The notes under the pieces were generated by a model. It did no database searches. It saw only the letters and a list, made by a program, of their open reading frames with translations, and was not told the origin of the DNA. Shown here in pieces: positions 26,901 to 36,529 of a stretch of DNA of 64,000 nt; the first letter of the stretch is position 1; each line of letters starts with the position of its first letter. The stretch lies in the NCBI RefSeq assembly GCF_000372725.1, contig NW_005201403.1, positions 325,246-389,245 on the forward strand, in the 5' to 3' direction. Origin of the DNA: Emiliania huxleyi CCMP1516. Taxonomy: Eukaryota. Both the position numbers and the translations under genes were made by a program.

Positions 26901-29097
26901 CAGCGGCTGGGCGAACATTACTTCAACACGTTCAGCAACACGGTTCGATATGAGACGCTGCGACTACTTATGGCGATAGCCGCAGGCAACGACCTCGCCC
27001 TTACGAGTCTTGACATCAAGACGGCTTACCTCAACGGCTACATCGAAGGGGGCGTCCAGATTTACATGCGCTTTCCTGCCGGATGGCACTTTGAGGGTGA
27101 CGGATTCGACTACACCTTCAAATACACTGGTGATCACACGCGCAAGAGGGGGCGTCCCGAGCGTGGACTACGACTGGTCAAGGCCATCTACGGTCTGAAG
27201 CAGAGCGGAGCACTCTGGGAAGAGACGCTCCGATCGTTCCTACTCTCCATCAACGCCGTCCAGTGCGTCGTTGACCCATGCCTGTGGCGGTACTCCAAAG
27301 GCGGCAACACCCTGCTCTTCGTCGTGTACGTTGACGACATCGTGATCGCCTGCTCCAACCAAGACTTTCGCGATGCGTTTGTGAGCATGCTCCAAGAGCG
27401 ATTCACATTGCGCGACAATGGCCCACTCACCTGGGTGTTCGGTTCTGCCGTCGAGCAGGACCTAGAGCAAGGCACCGTTAGCTTTCACCAAAAGCTCTTC
27501 ATTCAAGATACCGTCAAGGAGTTCCTGGGCGACGACCCCCGCCCTAGTAAGCGCGCCGTACCGTGCAACGACGACATCACCAATCTCACCCACCTCGAAG
27601 AGGGAGAAATGATGCACCCACGATACGCCGAAATTGTTGGCAAGATAGGGTGGTTGGCCAACATCTCCCGACCAGACATTGGCTACGCCTACTCGACGCT
27701 CTCAAAGTTCCTAAAGGGGGGCGGGGAGCGCCATTTCAACATTGCCCTTGGCGTCCTCGCTTACCTGGACAAGACAAGGGACAAGACGATCACCTATCGC
27801 CGCGAGGCAGATGGCAACCTCGCCGATCACATCGTAGAGCATGCCGACTTAGCCAGCTTCGACTACGACAGGTTCGTGCCGATCATCTTCTCGGACACCT
27901 CTCATGGCGGGGAAAAGCCTCAGGCGGGATACGTGATTTTTGTGTGCAATGGGCCTGTCTCTGCACACGCTGGGCGCCTTAAGTCCACGCCCACCTCATC
28001 GTCCGAAGGCGAGTACGCCATTGCGACCAAGGCCACACAAGCGGCCATCGCGGTCTCGGACACCATCAAGTTCATGGCCGAGGACCTACCCGACTACAAG
28101 GGCAACAAGTCGGACCTCGGATGCACAATGCCGCTCTTCTGCGACAATAGGGCGGCCGTGCTCCTTAGCGAGGGCAACACCTCCTCGAAGCGTATGCGAC
28201 ACGTTGCAACGCAGATCGCCTTCCTACGCGAGCAGGTGAAAGACGCGAAGCGTGTCAAGCTCATCCACATCCGAACGCAAGGGCAGATAGCTGACCTCTT
28301 CACGAAGCCGCTGGCCGCGGCTGTCTTTCACCCTCTCCGCGCCTTTGTTGTGGCGTGACACCACAGAAGGCTACGACGCCCACCCACTACAGAGGTGGTG
28401 AGCAGACGGAGGTTGCGTCACCGTGCCGTAAGAGCGTGACGACCCCATGCAGGTTAGGGACGAGCTGTGTGGGTCCAGCGACTAGGATGCGATGCGCATC
28501 GGCTAGTCACTGAGGGGGTGATCTGCTCGTTCTCAGGACAAGAATGTCCATGCACACCCGACGCATCCCACGCGCCTGTGAATAACGTCTGGGAACGCTC
28601 CAGAAGATTTTTATCTACCCTATGAACCGCCAACGGCGATTCGAACCCAGGTCCTCAGATTCGAACCCAGGTCCGCCGACCATAGGTCGAGCGGCTGACA
28701 TCGAAGTGAGCCGCCGATCATATGTCGGGCGGCGGTCTTCGGTTCGAGCGGCCAATCCTGGGTTGGCGGCTGTGGGGAGTGAAAAATCGTGTGTCGGAGT
28801 GATGCCACAAGCGGACTGGCGTCGTGGCGGTGTAAAAACATTTTTGTGTGCGTATTTTATTAAACTTCTTTTCTGGGCTAACGAACCCCTGCCACATTGT
28901 GAAGTGGGCAGAAAGAAGGTGTGAACAGACAGGCGGATCGAGTGTGAAGAGACGCCATGTCATCGGACCCCAAACCCGTCGGCGGCCAGTGGCACAAGGC
29001 CGCGCGCGGGGAGTTGTCCCCCCCCAAGGGCGCGAGCGAGGAAACGCTCGTGCCTCAGCTGTTCACGGCATCAGTGCCGGACCCGCGTACCGTGCAG
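23935..29097 (+). mobile_element. Ty1/Copia LTR retrotransposon, recent, internally deleted
   Basis: 575-bp LTRs at 23935-24509 and 28523-29097 with 2 mismatches seen. CCCCC on both flanks. PBS-like TGGTAGCGG at 24512 and PPT-like GAGGGGG at about 28512. Domain order IN-RT-RH. Confidence 0.97.
24369..28358 (+). CDS. Copia pol (integrase, reverse transcriptase, RNase H)
   Basis: LWHRRYGH...CSIC (HHCC), VHSDLLGP, HTDNGGEF, QNAIAE, WKTRVCARGF, LDIKTAYLNG, KAIYGLKQSG, VYVDDI, FCDNRAA, QIADLFTKPL. Confidence 0.95.
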   Translation: MSSDPKPVGGQWHKAARGELSPPKGASEETLVPQLFTASVPDPRTVQIGSGGPDSNKRAQPGAQHCFFDEEQFAPRDWTILGDGPERRNTLTIPLGSSTIRERLDHFCPIVKEDATAAVAAIESTWTAFRFYCPCECAPERDISKVKIRPVRDPRSVPVSQPVMPMLSTAPTTLPYAADLWHRRYGHMPASTMMMLPHVTTGCEFKLTPQQAKRHRDSCSICIQSRMRRAPETKKAPRFEKSRAPGELVHSDLLGPLPTSLDGGYRYLAVFVDDFSRYIMVYPMREKGELEVQYARFEQDMSEYFISQRRQLHTDNGGEFMSKSLAEYLTTNEIKHTTSSPYSPNQNAIAEQAMWRLCSVARAMLLECGLPTCHWAMALTQAALRLNITPRRTIRAGSKIKGASPDPSDVAWTTPYERLKGRKPNVRFLRVFGCRAWVLNEPIQGRAKLESIATEGWCIGPARYSRGMVIYIPDSESPNDLTKGKYKITRNIRVDESFTPKGRVDSGPSLAPPIVAGSERPQAKDVILFRVPAKAKPGDVLDVTSPKTGRSVQIRVAERMYPETYWTAYDTTIPNADDAVFGTAQSIIDASADGADAGSTTAPSRGLPTEGVLVGGKSKQLKKISKRARDNAIKGGPVNSPSSDPTLPPTWVTAVPGGGAPGDDVTWATPVPPPRVTAVPGGPKGTDVTWASVAGRHDSQQPTAQASAEGVDGAQLVTANMTHTMRMHRTDFEELSEALEDGDEEAIEQFITKQKMLRGDDPDITYTVGIPPSCKSALTGPDKEKWIPSYTEELTALQQNKTFSVEDIPAGVHVIDPTVVRDVKRDENGRPDRWKTRVCARGFMQRLGEHYFNTFSNTVRYETLRLLMAIAAGNDLALTSLDIKTAYLNGYIEGGVQIYMRFPAGWHFEGDGFDYTFKYTGDHTRKRGRPERGLRLVKAIYGLKQSGALWEETLRSFLLSINAVQCVVDPCLWRYSKGGNTLLFVVYVDDIVIACSNQDFRDAFVSMLQERFTLRDNGPLTWVFGSAVEQDLEQGTVSFHQKLFIQDTVKEFLGDDPRPSKRAVPCNDDITNLTHLEEGEMMHPRYAEIVGKIGWLANISRPDIGYAYSTLSKFLKGGGERHFNIALGVLAYLDKTRDKTITYRREADGNLADHIVEHADLASFDYDRFVPIIFSDTSHGGEKPQAGYVIFVCNGPVSAHAGRLKSTPTSSSEGEYAIATKATQAAIAVSDTIKFMAEDLPDYKGNKSDLGCTMPLFCDNRAAVLLSEGNTSSKRMRHVATQIAFLREQVKDAKRVKLIHIRTQGQIADLFTKPLAAAVFHPLRAFVVA

Positions 29098-29237
29098 CCC
29101 CCGAGGCGAAGAAGCAAGAACAGGGATGAAAACAATCACCGTAAACTTCCATGTGGTAAAATGAATTAACTTCCTAAACTTCCAAAACGAGTTTTCCCCG
29201 CTGCCGGGATCTCGCACGACCGTCCATTTCTCTGCAT

Positions 29238-30635
29238 GTGTATGATTCACGCAAAAAAAGAAAAGGGACGCGTGCCAACAACCCGACTCGCACCCACGGG
29301 GGGCACCAAGATCTCAATGATGCGCGATGGCTCCATCCGTGCAGTCCGTGGACGCCAACGTGGACGACGGCGTGGGTGAACTTGGACAAGTTTGCCGCAG
29401 TTTGTGCGTTTCACAGTTCCCACGCGCAGCTGGGACTCACCTTTGACCCGACGACGAACCGGACCAAGTCTCCGGAGCATGTGCAGGTGAGGGTTGCCGA
29501 GGGTTGGGCTGGCTTGACGGTTTTCGGATATGAGGTGTACGGCAACCTAACCCAACGGCTGGAATCCGAAGGGTTTGTCAGAGACGTCGATATCCTCCCG
29601 ATGGGCCATGACTGGCGGTTGAGCGTTGCCGACTGGGAGCAAGAAGCCTTCCCTCGCTTCTTCAGGACAATCTCAGACGCGGTGTCGAAGAATGGTCAGC
29701 CGGTTGTGCTGACTGGCCTATCGATGGCGGCTCCGTTCACGCACGCGTTCCTGAGATGGGCAAACGCAAAGCGCGGGGGCAAGAGTTGGGTGCAAAAGAA
29801 CGTGCACGCCTTCGTGCCGGTCGGAGGCCCCTTCAATGGCGCAGTTAATGCGCTATCAGCACTCGTCGGCGGAATGGCCTTTGCCTACACGCCCCCGGGC
29901 CAGCCAGGCGCTGCCAAGTTCACGTGCGACCCACCTATGGCCGAGCAGGTGAGCGAGGAACACTTTGTGATAAAAGCCGTGGACGGGTTTGGGGCTGTAC
30001 TGAAGGAGCTCCTCATGGATTGGCTCCTCACGGATTTCACGCGGCTGGCCCGAGAGTTTCCATCCTCGTACTGGATGTCGCCGGGCGTGGACGACTCCAT
30101 ACCCGACAGAAGCTACGTCACGCTCCAAGGGCCATGGGCGCAGCCAGAAGAGATCAAGGCTTCCGGCCTGCCATCTCTGTTCAGGAGGCTGCTCATGCAC
30201 GACGAGGCGGAGCACATGAAATATGCCTTGTCTGTCGGGACGATCGAAGATCCTGGTGTCCCGACGCACTGCATTTACAGTCATAACGTGCGCACCTTTT
30301 CCCACCTCACTTTCCCCGGGGCCTTCGCAGAGATCGGAGCTTCGGTCGAAATCGGAGATGGCGACGGGACGGTCCATTCTGACAGCTTGTCCGTGTGCGA
30401 GCGTTGGAAGAGCACGGTCAAGGTCTACAAACTGCCAGGTGTGCCTCACGAAGGCATGATGACCGTCGGGCAAGTCCATGATGTCATTGTGGGGGTAGCC
30501 AAGGATGACGCAGCGCTCGACGCGTGGACGTCACCAGCTTTTGTGGACTTGGATGTGCCGCGAGACGGAATGACCAATGCGACTATCCTGGATGATTGGC
30601 AGGCCAGGCTGCTCGTGGCGAAAGAGGACGCCTAG
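29238..30635 (+). CDS. LCAT / group XV phospholipase A2-like acyltransferase, intronless, probably 5'-truncated
   Basis: HDWRLS, PVVLTGLSMA (nucleophile Ser), VGGPFNGA, PGVPTHCIY, GDGDGTV (Asp) and VPHEG (His). Confidence 0.85.
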   Translation: MYDSRKKRKGTRANNPTRTHGGHQDLNDARWLHPCSPWTPTWTTAWVNLDKFAAVCAFHSSHAQLGLTFDPTTNRTKSPEHVQVRVAEGWAGLTVFGYEVYGNLTQRLESEGFVRDVDILPMGHDWRLSVADWEQEAFPRFFRTISDAVSKNGQPVVLTGLSMAAPFTHAFLRWANAKRGGKSWVQKNVHAFVPVGGPFNGAVNALSALVGGMAFAYTPPGQPGAAKFTCDPPMAEQVSEEHFVIKAVDGFGAVLKELLMDWLLTDFTRLAREFPSSYWMSPGVDDSIPDRSYVTLQGPWAQPEEIKASGLPSLFRRLLMHDEAEHMKYALSVGTIEDPGVPTHCIYSHNVRTFSHLTFPGAFAEIGASVEIGDGDGTVHSDSLSVCERWKSTVKVYKLPGVPHEGMMTVGQVHDVIVGVAKDDAALDAWTSPAFVDLDVPRDGMTNATILDDWQARLLVAKEDA

Positions 30636-30760
30636 CAGTCTCACCCCGGATAACCCAAGACCAATCCGCCGCCCCGCCGGTGCCGCCGCGGTCGATGCCG
30701 GCGCTCCTCCGAGATCTCGCCTTCGTCGCCGTGACATCCGCATGCTGCGGACACCGCCGC

Positions 30761-31003
30761 CCGTACTCTCTTCTCCTTCCTACCCTTTGGCCGGGGGCGT
30801 GCATTCGCTCTCCACTAGTTGGCCGCGGAGGTGGCCGCGCGTGCTCTCTTCTCTCTCCTACCCTTTGGCCGGGGGCATGCATTCGCTCTCCACTAGTTGG
30901 CCGCGGAGGTGGCCGCGCGTGCTCTCTTCTCTCTCCTACCCTTTGGCCGGGGGCGTGCATTCGCTCTCCACTAGTTGGCCGCGGCGGTGGCCGCGCGTAC
31001 TCT
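30761..31003 (+). repeat. 78-bp tandem repeat, 3 copies
   Basis: ...CTACCCTTTGGCCGGGGGCRTGCATTCGCTCTCCACTAGTTGGCCGCGG... repeated. Confidence 0.95.
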
Positions 31004-31546
31004 CGCGTTCTCGGCTCCCACGCTCTGGTCGCGCCGTGGACTCTCGGCCTGTCTGGCCTGGTCTCTCTCCGGGCACTGGGCTCTGCGTGGTCTGCGGGGC
31101 GGCAAGACATGGCTAGATATCATGTGGCGGGCAGCCTACGGTAGGCCCCACGTGATCGGAGGTAGAAAAAAACTGGTCATGTTCCACAAAATCAAAAACA
31201 AACACGATCGGGAGTAACCGGAAACCGCTGGACTCCACGGGAGCCCCACCGCCCCATTATAAGTGCCGCAACCACCCCTGCTCTGCGCGCCGTCGCCGAC
31301 TCTCGCGGAAGAGCCCTGCGCGCGCGAGCCTGCAAGAAACGTGCTCGGGACAGAGCTCAGTTGCTGCTGCGCTGACGTCCACGGCAGCGGCATCGGCACC
31401 GGCTTCTACCGGGACGGCTAAGCGCGGTACGGGTGCCAAAAAAATGGCATAGCAACCGCCGACTTTGATTGAGGAGGAGTGCCCCTTGGGTGCCTTAGAG
31501 GCCCGCGCTCTTCTCGGCAGAGGCGTTCAGCGGCTCGATCTCCAGA

Positions 31547-32885
31547 ATGTTCTCCCTCCTCTCGCTCGCCCCGTTCAGCCACGGACACCCATTCGGCGAA
31601 CCGTGCAACCTCACGGACTTCCCCTACATCCACCTCTCGTGGGATCCATTCGCCGGCGACGTGGGCCTGTACAAGGCAGCGCCCAAAGCCGAGCTGCCAA
31701 CCTTCTCCACCGCCAGACTTCGCCACCTCGTCGCCTCAGGTCGCGGGCTCCACGTCGACCGACGCAAAAAACATCTCCAAGGAGTGCCACGGCGTCTCGC
31801 CCGAGGTTCACCTGAACTACGGACAGAAATACTACTTCGTGCAGAGCGACGAGTCGAACTGGTGGGCTTCTCGCAGAGCTCTGTCGCCCTCGGGGCACGC
31901 AAGCGGCTCAAGCGTCCACCCCCGCCCGCCTCTCCTCTTCGCAGGTACCACCCTGTCGGGTTCGCATACGAGGTGGGAGGGGCGCACAACACCTGCGCGT
32001 GCCCCGCTGACGCACCGGACTGCCCCAACATTGCCGTCGAGGGAGAGTGCCCCGAGCTCGGCGGCGAGGGGGTGGACGGGACGATGTCCACCATCCAGTA
32101 CATCACCAAGACCGTCGCGGAAACGAAAGACGAGAGTGGCTTCGGCCTCGACGCATACGAGCCCTTCTTCTTCTACCCTTTCGGCGACTGGTATGAGGGC
32201 TGCGGCGGCGCCGACGCACCCTGCCACGTCGAGTTTGAGGTGACTCAGAGAGCCCACTCCCGAGAGCTCAATACGATAAGGCATGTATGATCGGTGTTCG
32301 TGTCGTGTCGTGTCGTGTAGGTCTCGGACCCCTCGCAGTTCCCGGAGGGGAAGCTCCGCAAATACGTCTACTACTTCTGCCACATCCACCCGGGCATGTC
32401 GGCAAAGATCGTGCTCGAGAATCTGCCGAACCCGGACGGGGCCATCGTCCCGTACTGCGCGGATGGCTCAATCCCCGGCTGCCCCGAGCCGACGGCCCCC
32501 GACCCGTCCGACTTCGACGAGAAGTGCGGCACGTGGAACACAGGCGAGCACGCGAGGGAGATCGCGCCTCTCCCCAGGGGAGGCGGCCTGGATCCGTCCT
32601 CGACCCGTCCTTTAGGTCCCTACGCCCCGGGGGCACCGCAGTACCCGCACTGCAAGGGCAAGAAGTTCCTCTGCAGCAACGAGCCGAACAGCGAGGCGCC
32701 GGAGAACGACTTCAACGAGTGCCTCGAGGCGATCGACTGCCAGATGCACCAGGAGATGGCCGTCTCTGCGGAGGGCGCGACGATGGCGGCCACCTTCCTC
32801 CGCCAGATGATCCCGCACCACGCCAACGCCGTCGCGATGGCCAAGACCCTGCTCAAGATGGACCCCGGAACCGTCGACACGGAGG
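31547..32885 (+). CDS. Secreted cupredoxin-like + DUF305 (CopM/ferritin-like) protein, multi-exon; 3' end lost in the gap
   Basis: Hydrophobic N-terminus; YYFVQSDESNW/YHPVGFAY; YYFCHIHPGMSAKI; TFLRQMIPHHANAVAMAK. Confidence 0.75.
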
Positions 32886-33078
32886 CGACATCCCCATCGC
32901 CCCCCTGGAACCCCCCCCCCCCCCCCTGAACCGTGTCTCCCCCCCCACCCCAAACAGTTTTGACGGCGTAAAACACCCTCAAGGGTCCTGCCTGAATGGA
33001 CATTCATCACCGTGCCAAACTTCTCCAATCTCCCACCTTTGAAAGGGCCTGCTTCCGAGAAGCCTCTCCCCCCCCCCT

Positions 33079-33379
33079 NNNNNNNNNNNNNNNNNNNNNN
33101 NNNNNNNNNNNNNNNNNNNNNNNNNNNNNNNNNNNNNNNNNNNNNNNNNNNNNNNNNNNNNNNNNNNNNNNNNNNNNNNNNNNNNNNNNNNNNNNNNNNN
33201 NNNNNNNNNNNNNNNNNNNNNNNNNNNNNNNNNNNNNNNNNNNNNNNNNNNNNNNNNNNNNNNNNNNNNNNNNNNNNNNNNNNNNNNNNNNNNNNNNNNN
33301 NNNNNNNNNNNNNNNNNNNNNNNNNNNNNNNNNNNNNNNNNNNNNNNNNNNNNNNNNNNNNNNNNNNNNNNNNNNNNNN
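33079..33379. other. Assembly gap
   Basis: Run of N. Confidence 1.
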
Positions 33380-33621
33380 ACGCGCCGAAAAAGGTGGAAG
33401 GACACCCCTCTCAGCACGCGGCTCGGCTGCCCGACGCGCCCTTGCCCGCGTCCGCAGCGGCGTCGAGCCGGCGGCGGCGCTTCTCGCGCCAGTCCGCCTA
33501 AAGCACGGGTAGATCTCGGGTAGATCTCGGGTAGATCTCGGGTAGATCTCGGCGAATCTCAGCTACATCTCACGCCAGTCCACCAACAGCGCGCCCGCGG
33601 CCGATGCCCCCTCCCGCCCTC

Positions 33622-36464
33622 TCACACCAACCGGCAAGCCTCGGTCGCTCGACTCGGCTCCTCGCCGCATCCACCCCCCCCCCCACTACCGCCCGTCGAC
33701 CCGCCTCTGCGGACCCATCTCTCCGTCTCTCTACCTGCCGCCTCGTCGTCGTCGTCCTGGCGGCGGCGTGGAGGCCGCGACGGCGAGCGGCTGCGGCGGC
33801 CGGCCTGCGTTGTGAGCAGGCCAGACTCGGGGTGTGAATACGAGTGGTGTGAATACGAGTGGTGTGAATACGAGTGGTGTGAATACGAGTGGTGTGAATG
33901 CGAGTGGTGTGAATGCGAGTGGTGTGAATGCGAGTGGTGTGAATGCGAGTGTCTGGCCGTGCACTCAGCGAGCCTCGCGTGTGTTACCGGAGCTGCGGAG
34001 ACAGTGCGATACAGCCGAGCACGTGACCTCTCGAGCGCTGGCCCGATCCCCGCATCTACAGCCCCCGCGACTGGCGAGCGGCTGCGGCGGTGGCTCGCCG
34101 GCGCGCGGCGGCGGTCCTGCCGTGAGCGCGAGCGTGATCGCCGGTCTCTGCGAGGGCGGCTCCTCCGCCCCGAGTCTGAGTCGGAGTCCGACGACGAGGA
34201 GGAGGAGGAGGAGGAGGAGGAGGAGGAGTCGCCGCCCTTCTCCTCGGGCGGCAGCTTGGCGAGCTCGACTGTGCGCTGGTGGAGGAGCGGCTCGTCCACG
34301 GCGAGCCTGCAGGAGAGGACCCGAGAGGACCCGAGGTGACCAGAGGTGACCCGAGGGGACCCGAGGGGACCCGAGAGGACCCGAGGATACGGCTCCTCCA
34401 CGGCGCGCCTCTCCGCGAGGCGCTTGGACATCTTCGGTCGCGACTTGACGACGCGCCGCCAGACAGAGTCGAAGGAGGAGCGAGGGCACAAGTTCTGCGT
34501 GACGGCGACGGTCACCTGTCGATCATTGGCGGCGGGTGCTTCGCTCGCTCGCGAGGGACCAGGCTCTGCGTGAGTTGCGGCGGCGTCACGTCGAGGTTGA
34601 GCACGCAGTGCCACCAGCCGCCCGGCACATACACCGTCTCGCCTGCAGGAGAGTACCCGAGAGTACCCGAGAGTACCCGAGAGTACCCTAGAGTACCCGA
34701 GAGGACCCGAGAGGACCCGAGAGGACCCGGCACGTACACCGTCTCTGCAGGCACGTCTCTCCCCGTCTCTCCCCGTCTCTCTCAATCTCTCCCCGTCTCT
34801 CCCCGTCTCTCTCCCCGTCTCTCTCCCCGTCTCTCCGTCTCTCCCCCCCCCCCGGCACGCACGCCGAGGGCTCCTCGGGGGGGGAGGGGCTCCTTCCAGT
34901 CCCGTGTGTACCACCGCCCGCACACAGTGGTGCGCGAAAGTGAGGGGCCCCGGTCCCTCTCGGCTGCCTCTCGGCTGCCTCTCGGCTACCTCTCTCGCCC
35001 GCGGTCTGCACGAGGGTGAGTGGGCGGTGGTCTGGGTCGGTCGCGGCGGCGAGCTTCGGGTAGACATTCGCCCACCACGCAACCGCCTCCCTGCCTAATG
35101 TTCAGTCTCCGACGGCCACTCCCTCGTCAACTCCCAGCCCCTCGCCCGCACACGCGACCGCCTCCCCGCCTCCGTGCAGCTTCGGCGTCGGCTGGACGAC
35201 CTCCTTCGGCACGTGGGGCGGGAGGAGCGCCTGGAAAAGAAAGCCGCCGGCTCACGAGACAGGAAGCGGGTCCGGAGCGGCGCGGTGGAGCGGCAGGAGA
35301 GGACCCAAAGCTTGCGGCCCTGCAGCAGAGCGTTCCACGCCGACGTGCCGAGCGGGTCGATGTGGACGTACGAGCCGGAGCGAGCCGGGCCGAGCACAAA
35401 CCAGCGATACGGAGGCCGCCGCCTCTCGCCCGCGTACCTAATCTCGGCTCCTCTCGCCTCCTCTCTCTCGCCCGCAGCCCTGCCAATGCAGCCCCCCGGC
35501 TCTGGCTCATGCCGGCCGCAGTCTTCCGCACATGGAGGGGCGCTTCTCGCCCGCGATACACCGGAGCAGGTCGCCGCAGGAGCACTGCGGCGGCTATATC
35601 TCCGCTGCCTCTCCGCTGCCTCTCCGCTGCCTCTCGGCTGCCTCTCCGCTGCCTCTCCGCTGCCTCTCCGCTGCCTCTCGGCTGCCTCTCCGCTGCCTCT
35701 CCGCTGCCTCTCGGCTGCCTCTCGGCTGCCTCTCCGCTGCCTCTCCGCTGCCTCTCGGCTGCCTCTCCGCTGCCTCTCCGCTGCCTCTCTGCGGCGCGTA
35801 CCGGAAGAGGTCGTCTGCAAAGTAGTGCGGCGGCGCGTAGTCGCGACCGAGCCGTGAGGTGCCGCTCCGCTCGGCAAAGGAGGAGTCGAAGACGTAGAGG
35901 GGAGAGTCATCGCGGCTCGTCGCGAGGTAGCGCAGGTAGTACCTACTCTCGACACCACCTCATCGCCTCGCCCGCAGACCGACCCGGCGAGAGGCGCGGC
36001 GCGGGGCGGCGCTTGAGCTTGAGCCACACCGCGTACGAGTCGTCGTCCTCTCCGACCTTGAAGCGCTCGCCGCCATACTGCCGCAGCAGCTCGCCCAGCG
36101 ACCACGCCCCGCCGCGGCCCTGCCTGTCGCCCGCCGCGCCCGCCGCCCAGCTTTCGGTCGCGCCGCGGATCACCACCGGCCGCCGCGGCTGCTCCCAGTC
36201 GCGCACGAACTCCTCGCGGCTGACCTCGCGCGTGTCGATGCGCGGCCCGTTGTCCGGGATCGCCTCGAGCTGCGCGGCGAGCGCCGTGTCGGAGGCGAAC
36301 GAGGCCTTGCGCCAGTCCTCGGCGGTGCGGCGTGGGTAGATGAGCCGCTTCGCCTTCCCGATGCGGCGCTCGAAGCGCTCGGCCGGCTCCGCTAGCAGCT
36401 CGCGCCAGGCGGGGTCCTCCGTGGGGACCGAAGGGTCGACCGTTGCGTCGGATGGCGTTGGCAT
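33622..36464 (-). CDS. JMJD6: JMJD6-like JmjC hydroxylase/demethylase, multi-exon
   Basis: [62 protein letters not shown] (HxD), [23 protein letters not shown], poly-Ser and RS-rich tail. Confidence 0.92.
33830..33952. repeat. 15-mer satellite (GGTGTGAATRCGAGT)n, about 8 copies
   Basis: Directly visible. Confidence 0.95.
35600..35790. repeat. Intronic 11-mer satellite (CTGCCTCTCSG)n
   Basis: About 17 copies. Confidence 0.95.
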
Positions 36465-36529
36465 TGCGCAGTCTCCTCTCGGGCACGTCGGCGTGGCAGG
36501 ACAGCTCAGGTGTATTCTTTTTCGATGTA

